The notes: a model not told the origin generated them from the letters alone. 64,000 bases of DNA from Holosporales bacterium (GCA_046338525.1 JBKDWF010000055.1:21276-85275), one strand, 5' to 3'; counted from the first letter of the stretch, positions 39,401-48,413 are shown. Numbers and translations: made by a program.

Positions 39401-39470
39401 CGAGCGCCGGAGGCGCGTGGCGATCCAGAAAAATAATGTCTGCTGGATGACCACGCGCCTCCGGCGCTCG
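39401..39470. repeat. Perfect 20-bp inverted repeat (CGAGCGCCGGAGGCGCGTGG / CCACGCGCCTCCGGCGCTCG) with nested 6-bp inverted repeat (ATCCAG/CTGGAT) in the 30-nt spacer
   Basis: Direct inspection; ~200 nt upstream of the ahcY start, no adjacent T-run. Confidence 0.8.
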
Positions 39471-39687
39471 TCATGACAGAGTTTCTTTTTAAAAAATTGA
39501 TCTCATTGCAATTAATGCGGGGGCTTTGTTGCATAATTCGCAAGCAGTTGATAACAAAAATGAATTTTTGTGGCATTTTTACAACAACTTCCGCCTAAGC
39601 CAAGGGCAGCTTAAAACTTATGCAACAACACCGTGAAAAGCATGAATATAAATAATTGGTTTTAATAATTTTAAACGCCCTCACCCC

Positions 39688-39991
39688 TACCCCTCTCCCA
39701 GAGGGAGAGGGGTTTCCAGAGTCTGCCACACTGGATTCTGGCTTTGGTGCAGCAATCGCACAATAAAAACCTGTTTTTCCTTTAAATAATAAATGCATAA
39801 ATGGCGTTCAACAGGCAAAGCCCGGCATCCGGGCGCGCCTGCCCCGCAAAGGGATTATCCGCAATAAGGCGCAAGGCTTTTTGTATTTTTTGAGTATAAA
39901 AAACAGCTTGGCGTTCTCCATACCGCTGGGCCGTGTATTGAACAATACTGCGCATATCCCGCCGGGCAGCCGGCGAAATTTTAAGAAGCAC
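39688..39991 (-). pseudogene. ParE/RelE-family toxin remnant, frameshifted (N-terminal 69 aa in one frame; C-terminal VFIVRLLHQSQNP in another frame)
   Basis: N-terminal ParE pattern (LKISPAARRDMRSIVQYTAQRYGERQAVFYTQKIQKALRLIADNPFAGQARPD); conserved C-terminal ParE motif in the -1/+1 frame downstream of the premature stop; overlaps parD stop. Confidence 0.5.
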
Positions 39992-40274
39992 TGCTGCCTC
40001 TTGGTGCTACCAGCGGCTCTTCCAACGCAAGCCCCTGCGCTGCGCGCTGCAACCCTTCTTCAAGAACAGATGAGAGTTGCTGATCATCCCAATCCAGTGC
40101 CTGCCCCGCATCAATTTCAGCAAGGCCCACGGCAACAGCATGATAAAAATTCTCGGTATCCAGCCGCAAACGGCGTACCGCTTCTTGAATCAGTGCCTCT
40201 TCCGACGGGAAGGCTTTTGTTTGCAACTGGCAGGCAACAAAATGCCGTTCAGCCTCATGTAAAGGAATGAGCAT
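39981..40274 (-). CDS. ParD-family (RHH, COG3609) antitoxin
   Basis: ParD pattern FPSEEALIQEAVRRLRLDTE ... IDAG; immediately upstream of and overlapping the ParE-like remnant. Confidence 0.5.
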   Translation of the reverse strand: MLIPLHEAERHFVACQLQTKAFPSEEALIQEAVRRLRLDTENFYHAVAVGLAEIDAGQALDWDDQQLSSVLEEGLQRAAQGLALEEPLVAPRGSSAS

Positions 40275-40405
40275 AAGTGTTAAGTCCCTCCGCTGGGAAA
40301 TTGTATCCTAAAACAAACGGCTGCGCAATCAATCCCGTGCGGGGGCGGGGTAGCGATTATTACAAAAATCAATTTTTACAATGCATTATTGCCTTTTGCT
40401 CTTCC

Positions 40406-40444
40406 TTGACAACACAGCGTCGTTATTGTACAATTAAATGTACA
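40406..40444 (+). promoter_or_regulatory. yefM-yoeB promoter/operator: -35 TTGACA (40406-40411), 17-bp spacer, -10 TACAAT (40429-40434), two TGTACA operator half-site motifs (40427-40432, 40439-40444) at 12-bp centre-to-centre spacing
   Basis: Direct inspection; GGAG RBS at 40451-40454 and ATG at 40467. Confidence 0.65.
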
Positions 40445-40466
40445 AATTACGGAGCTTTGGCACCCC

Positions 40467-40721
40467 ATGGAAACCCAAACTTACAGTGCCCTGCGGCAAA
40501 ATTTATCCCATAGCTTGGATGCTGTTTGCAACAACCACGAACCCTTGCTCATCACACGGCGCAGCGGGGCCAGTGTGGTGATGATGTCGCTAGAGGATTT
40601 TAACGGCTGGCAAGAGACGCTGCATTTGTTAAAACATCCAAAAAACAACGAATTTCTCCACGCAAGCCTACACCAAGTTCAAACAGGCCAAACCATCACT
40701 GTTGATCCCGCCGCCCTGTGA
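40467..40721 (+). CDS. yefM: YefM/Phd-family antitoxin
   Basis: Collinear with E. coli YefM (YSEARQNLS...PLLITRRSGASVVMMSLEDFNGWQETLHLL). Confidence 0.85.
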   Translation: METQTYSALRQNLSHSLDAVCNNHEPLLITRRSGASVVMMSLEDFNGWQETLHLLKHPKNNEFLHASLHQVQTGQTITVDPAAL

Positions 40722-40975
40722 ACCTTGTTTTTTCCCACAAGGCTTGGGAACAGTTTTGCCTACTGGCGGATCACGATCCCAAACTGCAAAAGAAGATCCG
40801 CGCCTTATTAAAAGAGTGCCTGAAAACCCCCTTTACTGGCACCGGCAAGCCAGAACCCCTGAAGCACGACTTGTCCGGGTACTGGTCGCGGCGCATCACC
40901 CATGAGCATCGATTGGTGTATACAGTCTCGAACAACGATCTCGTGGTGGTGCAGTGTTGCTATCATTATGGATAA
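40718..40975 (+). CDS. yoeB: YoeB/Txe-family toxin (ribosome-dependent mRNA interferase)
   Basis: Strong collinearity with YoeB (TPFTGTGKPEPLKHDLSGYWSRRITHEHRLVY); ATGA overlap with yefM. Confidence 0.85.
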   Translation: MNLVFSHKAWEQFCLLADHDPKLQKKIRALLKECLKTPFTGTGKPEPLKHDLSGYWSRRITHEHRLVYTVSNNDLVVVQCCYHYG

Positions 40976-41320
40976 GGGACGCACTATAGCGCGTTGCGTA
41001 ATTAACGGTAAACTTTAAAAAGTCTTCAGCGCGCTATACGTTATTGGTCACTACGCCATGTTGTGGCGGCGGCAGTCGGGAGGTTTTTTACCGGAAGTTG
41101 CGGAATAAAAGACTGCTAGTTGCATCATTAGTTATGTTTCATTCTGAAACGCCCTCACCCGCCGCCTTTGGCGGCGACCTCTCCTTTCGGCCTACCCTAT
41201 GCACACAAGTCCTAACATTGGCTCTTTCCGAGCATTAGCGGAGTATAACGGCGCCGCCCGTTGACACCTTCTCCCGCGTAGCGGGGGAAGGTGTGATAAC
41301 TGGAATCCACCCATTGGAAA

Positions 41321-41353
41321 GACCCAAAAAGAAACCCGCCTTGTGGCGGGTTT
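41321..41353 (-). terminator. Rho-independent terminator of the phasin gene (AAACCCGCC-acaa-GGCGGGTTT followed by CTTTTT on the minus strand)
   Basis: 9-bp GC-rich stem plus T-run, 27 nt after the phasin stop. Confidence 0.7.
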
Positions 41354-41379
41354 CTCCGTAATGAAGCTTAGATAAAAAA

Positions 41380-41934
41380 CTAAGCAGCTTTCTTGATAAC
41401 AGACTCAACGGCTTGGTTGAACTGGTTTTGCAGAGGCTGGAAAGCCTTGTTGGTGGCTTCGAGGCTTAGCTGGGACACTTGGGTGCCTTTGCTGACGATT
41501 TGGTCAAAGTTGTCTTTGGCCAGGCTGGTGTGGATGTCGAACGCTTCCTGAGCGTTGCGGACAGACAGTAATTGTTTGGCCGCAGCAACGTTGGACTCGA
41601 ACAGGCTCTGGCTCAAAGCCACAGCTATCTTGCCAATTTCCTCAGCGCTTTTGGCCAAGGTGTTGGTGGCTTGGAGAACAGACTCCAAGGCAGAGCGTTG
41701 AATCTGGCTGATTTCTTCGAATGAATTGGTCACGGTCTGGGTAGCCTCCTGAAGGTTTTTCTTTGCGGTGCTGGTGAATTGAGCGTAGCTCTGGCCAGCG
41801 GATTTGGATTGCTGCTGAAAAAAAGTTTCAGCAGCATTTACCACCGGCTCAACGACGCGGGCAGCGGCAGCTGACAACGCGTTAGAGGCGGCAGATTGTT
41901 GTGGGTTGGCCGATTTGGCGCGTGTGGTGGTCAT
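41380..41934 (-). CDS. Phasin-family (PHA granule-associated) protein
   Basis: 184-aa Ala/Gln/Ser-rich, predicted all-helical protein with the alphaproteobacterial phasin pattern (EEISQIQRSALESVLQATNTLAKSAEEI...AAAKQLLSVRNAQEAFDIHT). Confidence 0.65.
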   Translation of the reverse strand: MTTTRAKSANPQQSAASNALSAAAARVVEPVVNAAETFFQQQSKSAGQSYAQFTSTAKKNLQEATQTVTNSFEEISQIQRSALESVLQATNTLAKSAEEIGKIAVALSQSLFESNVAAAKQLLSVRNAQEAFDIHTSLAKDNFDQIVSKGTQVSQLSLEATNKAFQPLQNQFNQAVESVIKKAA

Positions 41935-42084
41935 ACAATGGTTCCTTAGCTAAGTATTTTTAGTGAGAAGACAAGAACGAGATCATACCCGCTTCAACAC
42001 CGTTAATGCCTTATTGCCGGATAAACGTCAAGATTTTTTTTTGCACCGCAGCAAGATGATGATTACATTTGTACTTATTGCTCA

Positions 42085-42987
42085 TCATGCAACCTTGACA
42101 TCCGGCACGGGTTTGCCTTCCAGCACAGCCTTAATGGTAAGACCAAGATTAGCCGGGGATGGAGAAACAACGATGCCAGCCCGGCGCATAGCCTCCATCT
42201 TAGAAGCTGCATCGCCCTTGCCACCCGCAATAATTGCCCCAGCATGGCCCATGCGCTTACCAGGAGGAGCCGTAACCCCAGCGATAAAACCCGCCACAGG
42301 TTTTTTAATGTTGCTCTGCATTAAAAACTCCGCCGCCTCTTCCTCCGCGCTCCCGCCAATTTCCCCAATCATAATGATTCCTTTGGTTTCAGGGTCGGCC
42401 AAAAATAATTCGAAAGTATCGATAAAGTTGGTGCCGTTAACGGGATCACCGCCAATGCCAATACAGGTAGTCTGACCCAAGCCAGCCGCCGTAGTCTGAG
42501 CCACTGCCTCATAAGTCAAGGTGCCAGAACGAGAGACAATGCCAATGCTACCACGCTTGTGAATATGACCAGGCATAATGCCAATCTTGCATTCGCCGGG
42601 GGTAATAATACCAGGACAATTTGGCCCGATCAGGCGGGTTTTGCTTCCCGTCAAGGCGCGCTTCACCCGCACCATATCAACAACTGGAATACCCTCAGTA
42701 ATACAAACAACCAATGGCACACCAGCATCAATGGCTTCCAAAATCGCATCCGCCGCAAAGGGTGGCGGGACATAAATAACCGAAGCAGTGCAGCCAGTCT
42801 TAGCCCGCGCCTCGTGCACCGTATCAAAAACCGGTAAATTCAAATGGGTAGTACCGCCCTTGCCCGGCGTTACACCACCCACCATTTTCGTGCCATAAGC
42901 AATAGCCTGCTCAGAGTGGAAAGTTCCCTGAGCACCGGTAAACCCCTGACAAATAACGGTGGTATTTTTATCAACAAGAACGGCCAT
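42085..42987 (-). CDS. sucD: Succinate--CoA ligase [ADP/GDP-forming] subunit alpha (start placed at MAVLVDKNT)
   Basis: CoA-binding and ligase-CoA domains with catalytic His loop (SRSGTLTYE) and GIGGDP. Confidence 0.9.
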   Translation of the reverse strand: MAVLVDKNTTVICQGFTGAQGTFHSEQAIAYGTKMVGGVTPGKGGTTHLNLPVFDTVHEARAKTGCTASVIYVPPPFAADAILEAIDAGVPLVVCITEGIPVVDMVRVKRALTGSKTRLIGPNCPGIITPGECKIGIMPGHIHKRGSIGIVSRSGTLTYEAVAQTTAAGLGQTTCIGIGGDPVNGTNFIDTFELFLADPETKGIIMIGEIGGSAEEEAAEFLMQSNIKKPVAGFIAGVTAPPGKRMGHAGAIIAGGKGDAASKMEAMRRAGIVVSPSPANLGLTIKAVLEGKPVPDVKVA

Positions 42988-43064
42988 TGGTACTTCCTCT
43001 ATTTTGATGCGCAGGCACCATACTGGGTTGGTTTGCATCTGGCAATCTTCTTGTGGGAAGTCTT

Positions 43065-43172
43065 CTTATACCATTTTACAATCACTTGATTGCAAAATGC
43101 TTCGCTCAAACGCCGCGCGGGCTTGCCGCTTTGCGTAAATTTTTTCTACATATTGAACGCAAAGCGGTATTA
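43065..43172 (+). repeat. MITE-like 108-bp dispersed element, copy B (same orientation as copy A)
   Basis: 3 mismatches to copy A across 108 bp; lies between the sucD start and the RND permease stop. Confidence 0.8.
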
Positions 43173-43207
43173 TACGAGGGTTGGGGAAATACTTGTGGGA
43201 CAAACCA

Positions 43208-46200
43208 TTAGTCTGCCAATCTACCCTCTTCCACCACAACCCCACTTTTTCTTCGACTGAGACGCTGGTAAAAAACCGGAACAATGAACAAGGTAAACAA
43301 CGTGCCAATGCTCATACCCCCAACAATAATCCAGCCGATAGCAGCACGACTTTCAGCCCCTGCTCCACTTGCTACTGCCAGTGGCAATGCCCCCAGCACT
43401 GTAGCCGCCGTAGTCATAAGGATAGGACGCAAGCGAATAGTCGCCGCCTCAACCACTGCCGTCCTTGCATCACGACCTCTGTCCCGCAACTGGTTGGCAA
43501 ACTCCACAATCATAATACCATTTTTGGCAATCAAACCCACTAGAGCAACTAGACCTATCTGAGTGTACACATTGATACTCCCCCCCGTTCCCCATACGGC
43601 CAACAACGCACCAAACAACGCCAACGGCACAACCAATAAGATAATTAACGGATCGCGCCAACTTTCAAACTGCGCCGCCAGCACCAAGTAAATAAACAAC
43701 AGAGCTAGGGTAAACACTAGGCCGAGACTACTGCTGGCCTCTTTAAATTCCCGGCTTTGCCCAGCGACGTCTGAAATAGCAGCGGCATCAATCTTTGTTA
43801 ATTCTCTGCGCAAAAAGTCTAACCCTTGGCCAATCCCCGTCCCCGGGGTGAGGCTGGCGGTAATTGTTACAGCACGCAACTTATTAAAACGATTAAGTTC
43901 TCGCGGCGTTACGCCTTCACGCACTCGCACTAGATTTTGCAAAGGAATCATCGCCCCGCCACTACCTCGCACATACAAAGCCGTCAAATCATCGGGGGTG
44001 CGGCGGCGATCATCAGCCAACTGAACAATCACGTCGTATTGCTCACCGTTGCGTTTAAATCGAGTAATAGGCGTACCACTAAGCGCAGCATCAAGGGTTG
44101 TTCCAATATCCGACACAGCCACCCCCAAGGCAGCACTTTTCTCCCGGTCAACACTCACTTTCAGTTCGGGTTTATTGCGTTTTAAATCACTATCTGGTGT
44201 GCGAAACAGTGGGCTTTCCCGCATTCTGCCCAGCAAGGCGTTGGCTACCTTTTCAAGCTCTTCATAACTACTGCTACTTTGTATCACAAATTCAATAGGA
44301 AGAGACCTTGCTCCTTGACCCAAGGAGGGCGGGTTAATGGGAAATGCCAGCACACCCGGCACTTGCCCTAAACGAGGCCGCAGCGCCTCAACAATAGCAG
44401 AGGAATGTCGGGATCGCTCATCCCAATCTTTGAGACCAAGGACACTGTACCCCTGAACAATAGTGGGGAAACCCACCACCGTAAAGTTCCATACCGCTTC
44501 AGATTGGCTTTGAAGAATCTTTTCCACTTGCTGTAAGTAGGTATCACTGTACCAGACCGTGGAACCTTCCGGAGCCATCGTAACAGAAAAAATTACCCCG
44601 CGATCTTCTATCGGGGTCAATTGCCGCGGAAGAATACTAAACAACAATAACGCCAACCCGGCGCAAATGCCAGCACCCATAAGTACCGCCCGTTGGTTGG
44701 CGAGTATCCAGATTAGGCGGCGTTTATACCCCGCCTCTAGGCGTTCCAGCAACGCCTCCACCCATTTGCCAAAACGATTCGTGCTGTGCAAATCTTTTGC
44801 CCGCAACATCCGAGCGCACATAGTAGGCGTTAAGGTCAACGCCACAAAACCGGAAATCAACACCGCCGCGGACAACGTCAGGGCAAACTCAATAAATAAA
44901 CGCCCAGTCTTACCCGTAGAAAACGCCATCGGAGCAAACACCGCCGCCAAGGTCATGGTCATGGCAATCACGGCAAACGAAATCTCCCGCATACTTTTGA
45001 TAGCCGCATGCAAAGGATCAAGACCGCGCTCTAAGTGGCGATAACTATTTTCTAAAACTACAATAGCATCATCAACGACCAACCCAATGGCAATAACCAT
45101 TGATAACATAGTAAGAGTATTGATAGTAAATCCAGCCGCATACATCAGGGTCAACGCCCCAATCAATGAGACAGGAATCGCCACCAGCGGCACCACCGTC
45201 GCCCGTAGCGTACGCAAAAACAAAAATGTCACCAGTACCACGAGCACCGTAGCCTCAACAATCGTATGAAACACATTACGAATCGACTGACGAATAAAAA
45301 CCGATGCATCGTAAGCAATATTAATCCGCATTCCTTGGGGCAATAATTTTTCAATATCCGGCAGTATTTTACGCACCTGAGATGAAATCTCCAACGGGTT
45401 GGCTATCGATTGTTTGATAATACCTAAGGCAATAGAATTACGATTGTTATATCGGGCAATCTGACGCTCATCCGCTGGACCGTAAGCAACTTTTGCCACG
45501 TCTTTAAGGCGCACGATGGAACCACTAGCATTGCTTCGCAAAATAATATTTTCAAAATCTTCTGGGGTATTCAAATCGGTTTGAGCCAACACAGTAAATT
45601 CCCGGCTTTTTCCTTCAATCCGTCCAGCGGGAATTTCAATATTTTGTTGATTAAGAGCACTTTGCACGTCACTAGGGGTAATTTGATACGCAGCCAACCG
45701 GTCGCGATCGAGCCACACCCGCATGGAATAACGCCGCTCAGCAAACAACCGTACTTGAGCCACACCGTCCAAAGTTTGCAAGCGATCCTGAACAATCAAA
45801 TCGGCCGCCTCGGAAACTTCTAAGGCACTATGCACCTCACTATTAACATTAACCCACATAATAGGGGTGGCATCAGCCTCTACCCTTGCAATCACTGGAT
45901 CATCAATATCATCAGGCAGGCGAGCACGGGTACGAGCAACCCGATCGCGCACATCATTAGCCGCACCATCGGGATCACGGCTGAGTCGAAATTGTACCGT
46001 AATCTGGCTTGATTCCGCTCGATTAATAGCGCGAATAAAATCAATACCTTCAATACCAGAAAGCGCATCTTCAAGAGGTTTTGTAACCTGAGATTCCATC
46101 ACCTCCGCTGAAGCCCCGACATAGCGGGTATCCACCGTCACCACCGGGGAATCAATATTGGGATACTCCCGCACGGCCAAGCGCGTCGCCGCTACTAAAC

Positions 46201-46276
46201 CAACAAGCACCAATAATAAATTGAGAACCGTGGCAAAAACAGGACGACGAATAGAGAATTCAGGAAGAGAGACCAT
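43208..46276 (-). CDS. RND-family (HAE1, AcrB/AcrD/AcrF-like) efflux permease, orphan (no adjacent membrane-fusion or outer-membrane partner); start placed at MVSLPEF
   Basis: 12-TM RND topology with two large periplasmic loops; N-terminal AcrB-like motif (MVSLPEFSIRRPVFATVLNLLLVLVG); ~1020 aa. Confidence 0.85.
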   Translation of the reverse strand: MVSLPEFSIRRPVFATVLNLLLVLVGLVAATRLAVREYPNIDSPVVTVDTRYVGASAEVMESQVTKPLEDALSGIEGIDFIRAINRAESSQITVQFRLSRDPDGAANDVRDRVARTRARLPDDIDDPVIARVEADATPIMWVNVNSEVHSALEVSEAADLIVQDRLQTLDGVAQVRLFAERRYSMRVWLDRDRLAAYQITPSDVQSALNQQNIEIPAGRIEGKSREFTVLAQTDLNTPEDFENIILRSNASGSIVRLKDVAKVAYGPADERQIARYNNRNSIALGIIKQSIANPLEISSQVRKILPDIEKLLPQGMRINIAYDASVFIRQSIRNVFHTIVEATVLVVLVTFLFLRTLRATVVPLVAIPVSLIGALTLMYAAGFTINTLTMLSMVIAIGLVVDDAIVVLENSYRHLERGLDPLHAAIKSMREISFAVIAMTMTLAAVFAPMAFSTGKTGRLFIEFALTLSAAVLISGFVALTLTPTMCARMLRAKDLHSTNRFGKWVEALLERLEAGYKRRLIWILANQRAVLMGAGICAGLALLLFSILPRQLTPIEDRGVIFSVTMAPEGSTVWYSDTYLQQVEKILQSQSEAVWNFTVVGFPTIVQGYSVLGLKDWDERSRHSSAIVEALRPRLGQVPGVLAFPINPPSLGQGARSLPIEFVIQSSSSYEELEKVANALLGRMRESPLFRTPDSDLKRNKPELKVSVDREKSAALGVAVSDIGTTLDAALSGTPITRFKRNGEQYDVIVQLADDRRRTPDDLTALYVRGSGGAMIPLQNLVRVREGVTPRELNRFNKLRAVTITASLTPGTGIGQGLDFLRRELTKIDAAAISDVAGQSREFKEASSSLGLVFTLALLFIYLVLAAQFESWRDPLIILLVVPLALFGALLAVWGTGGSINVYTQIGLVALVGLIAKNGIMIVEFANQLRDRGRDARTAVVEAATIRLRPILMTTAATVLGALPLAVASGAGAESRAAIGWIIVGGMSIGTLFTLFIVPVFYQRLSRRKSGVVVEEGRLAD

Positions 46277-46312
46277 AAATAAACCTAGCCTAGCTTCATT
46301 GCAATGTAACGC

Positions 46313-46420
46313 CTTATACCGATTTGCGTTCAATATGTAGAAAAAATTTACGCAAATGGGCAAGCCAGCGCGTCGTTTGAGCGAAGCGTTTTGCAATCAA
46401 GTGATTGCAAAATGGTATTA
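46313..46420 (-). repeat. MITE-like 108-bp dispersed element, copy C (inverted relative to copies A/B)
   Basis: Reverse-complement alignment to copy A with the same internal palindromes; ends 5 nt before the adk stop codon. Confidence 0.8.
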
Positions 46421-46425
46421 AATGA

Positions 46426-47073
46426 CTAGCGAGCAATAGCTGCTTCAATGCGCACCGCTATTTCAGGCATTTCACCCACGCCGTTAACTGTAGCAAGAAT
46501 GCCCTGACGTTCATAATAAGGCAATACAGGCATCGTTTGATCCCGATACACTTGCAACCGTGCCGCTACTGATGCGGGGGTATCGTCTGGGCGACGAAAG
46601 AAATGGGTGGTACCACATTGATCGCACACGCCCGGAACCTTTGGACGATGGGTGCGATCATGATAGCCAGCACCGCAACCCCGGCAAGCAAAACGACCAG
46701 CAATTCGATCGATAATCTCAGCATCATCAACCTGCAACTCCACCACCTTATCAAGACGTGTGTTGCGCGATTTCAACATTTTATCCAACGCTATCGCTTG
46801 GGCTTCCGTACGGGGAAACCCATCAAGAATAAAACCATTAGCACATTCTGGACGATCGATCCATTCAGCGATCATGTCAACCATAAGGCTGTCTGGCATA
46901 AGGCCACCACTGGTCATCACCGACGCGGCTTGCTCCCCTAATGGTGATCCAGAAGACACCAACGCCCGCAACATATCCCCCGTAGAGAGCTGAGGAATCT
47001 TGTACCGCTGCTCCAATAAACGGGACTGAGTGCCTTTTCCGGCACCGGGGGGGCCAAAAAGGATAAGTTTCAC
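46426..47073 (-). CDS. adk: Adenylate kinase (long form with zinc-binding lid)
   Basis: P-loop GPPGAGKGTQ, NMP-binding region, CRGCG...CDQCG lid cysteines. Confidence 0.9.
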   Translation of the reverse strand: MKLILFGPPGAGKGTQSRLLEQRYKIPQLSTGDMLRALVSSGSPLGEQAASVMTSGGLMPDSLMVDMIAEWIDRPECANGFILDGFPRTEAQAIALDKMLKSRNTRLDKVVELQVDDAEIIDRIAGRFACRGCGAGYHDRTHRPKVPGVCDQCGTTHFFRRPDDTPASVAARLQVYRDQTMPVLPYYERQGILATVNGVGEMPEIAVRIEAAIAR

Positions 47074-48413
47074 CGCAAAGTTCCCTTTAATTTTGCTTTG
47101 CGAATAAGACCTTCATACTGCTGCGCCATTATATGAGCATGAACATGGCCTACTGTATCCATAGTCACAGAAACCACAATAAGCAGGCTTGTCCCGCCTA
47201 AATAAAATGGAATACCGTATTCAGCGATAAGAAATTCCGGCAATAAGCAAACCGCCGCTAGATACACCGCGCCAACGGCTGTTAGGCGCGTCAAAATAGC
47301 GTCTAAATGCTGAGCTGTCGCTTTTCCAGGACGAAATCCGGGAACAAAACCACCGCTTTTACGCAAGTTTTCGGCCGTTTCCGATGGGTTAAACACAATA
47401 GCTGTATAAAAAAACGCAAAAAAGAAAATCAAGGCAGCATATAAAAACATGTACAAAGGCTGACCATGCTGAAGCCAAGCACTGAGAGTTAATAGCCACT
47501 CAGGCCGACTACCCTCCGCCCCGGCTTGACTAAAACCTAACAAGGTCGCCGGCAATAACAATAACGAACTAGCAAAAATCGGCGGGATAACCCCGGCGGT
47601 ATTAAGCTTCAGGGGTAAATGACTGCTATCTGCTGCGTAAGTACGATTACCCATCTGACGCTTAGGATGCTGAATAATAACCTTGCGCTGCGCCCGCTCC
47701 ATATAAACCACCGCAACGATGACGGTCACGGCAACAAGACAAATCAACAATGCTCCCCATACGGGCAGACTTCCGGTGCGGCTCAGCTCAAACAACTGCC
47801 CTAAGGCAATAGGCAAATGGGCGACAATCCCGGCAAAAATAATCAGCGATGTGCCGTTACCAATGCCGCGCTCCGTAATCTGCTCCCCCAGCCACATTAG
47901 AAATACCGTACCGCCGACCAACGTCACAACCACCGACACCCGGAACAGGATATCCGCCCCACTCCCGCGCATCCCTTCGAGACCTACGGCCAGACCGTAA
48001 GCTTGAACCGCTGCTAACACGACTGTCAAGTAACGAGTGTACTGGTTAAGCTGTTTACGCCCGGATTCACCCTCTTTTTTCAAGGCTTCCAACTGCGGCG
48101 AAATAGCGGTCATTAGCTGAATGATAATCGACGCCGAAATGTACGGCATGATATTCAACGCAAAAACAGACATCCGCGACAACGCACCACCGGCAAACGT
48201 ATCAAAAACCCCCAGCATACCACCACCATGCTGTGCAAAAATCTGCGCCAACATTCCGGCATCAACACCGGGAACTGGGATATACGTCCCTAAACGATAG
48301 ACTATCAATGCCGCCAAGGTAAACCATAGACGAGTTTTAAGCTCTCTCGCCTTTGAAAAAGCCCCTAAACTAAAGTTCTGTGCCAGTTGCTCAGCAGCAG
48401 ATGGTATGGCCAT
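47070..48413 (-). CDS. secY: Preprotein translocase subunit SecY
   Basis: 10-TM SecY pattern; position between rplO and adk. Confidence 0.95.
   Translation of the reverse strand: MAIPSAAEQLAQNFSLGAFSKARELKTRLWFTLAALIVYRLGTYIPVPGVDAGMLAQIFAQHGGGMLGVFDTFAGGALSRMSVFALNIMPYISASIIIQLMTAISPQLEALKKEGESGRKQLNQYTRYLTVVLAAVQAYGLAVGLEGMRGSGADILFRVSVVVTLVGGTVFLMWLGEQITERGIGNGTSLIIFAGIVAHLPIALGQLFELSRTGSLPVWGALLICLVAVTVIVAVVYMERAQRKVIIQHPKRQMGNRTYAADSSHLPLKLNTAGVIPPIFASSLLLLPATLLGFSQAGAEGSRPEWLLTLSAWLQHGQPLYMFLYAALIFFFAFFYTAIVFNPSETAENLRKSGGFVPGFRPGKATAQHLDAILTRLTAVGAVYLAAVCLLPEFLIAEYGIPFYLGGTSLLIVVSVTMDTVGHVHAHIMAQQYEGLIRKAKLKGTLR

Noticed and set aside
38252-39436. Plus-strand ORFs inside ahcY (38252..38737, 38412..38918, 38828..39436)
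   Set aside because: They are antisense to a highly conserved adenosylhomocysteinase gene and have no motifs.
39401-39470. Possible SAH riboswitch upstream of ahcY
   Set aside because: The element is a perfect symmetric palindrome and lacks the asymmetric pseudoknot architecture and conserved SAH-riboswitch consensus segments. A Rfam covariance search would be needed, but the symmetry argues against it.
39674-41161. Shared 14-mer AAACGCCCTCACCC at 39674 and 41148, each followed by a hairpin, as a possible repeat family
   Set aside because: A single 14-nt match is within chance expectation for a 64-kb window searched on both strands. The downstream hairpins differ in sequence.
46277-46396. 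ORF-track N-terminal extension of the RND permease (MQNASLKRRAGLPICVNFFYILNANRYKALHCNEARLGLF)
   Set aside because: The extension reads through MITE copy C. The canonical AcrB-like N-terminus begins at MVSLPEF (46276), with an AGG-containing RBS upstream.
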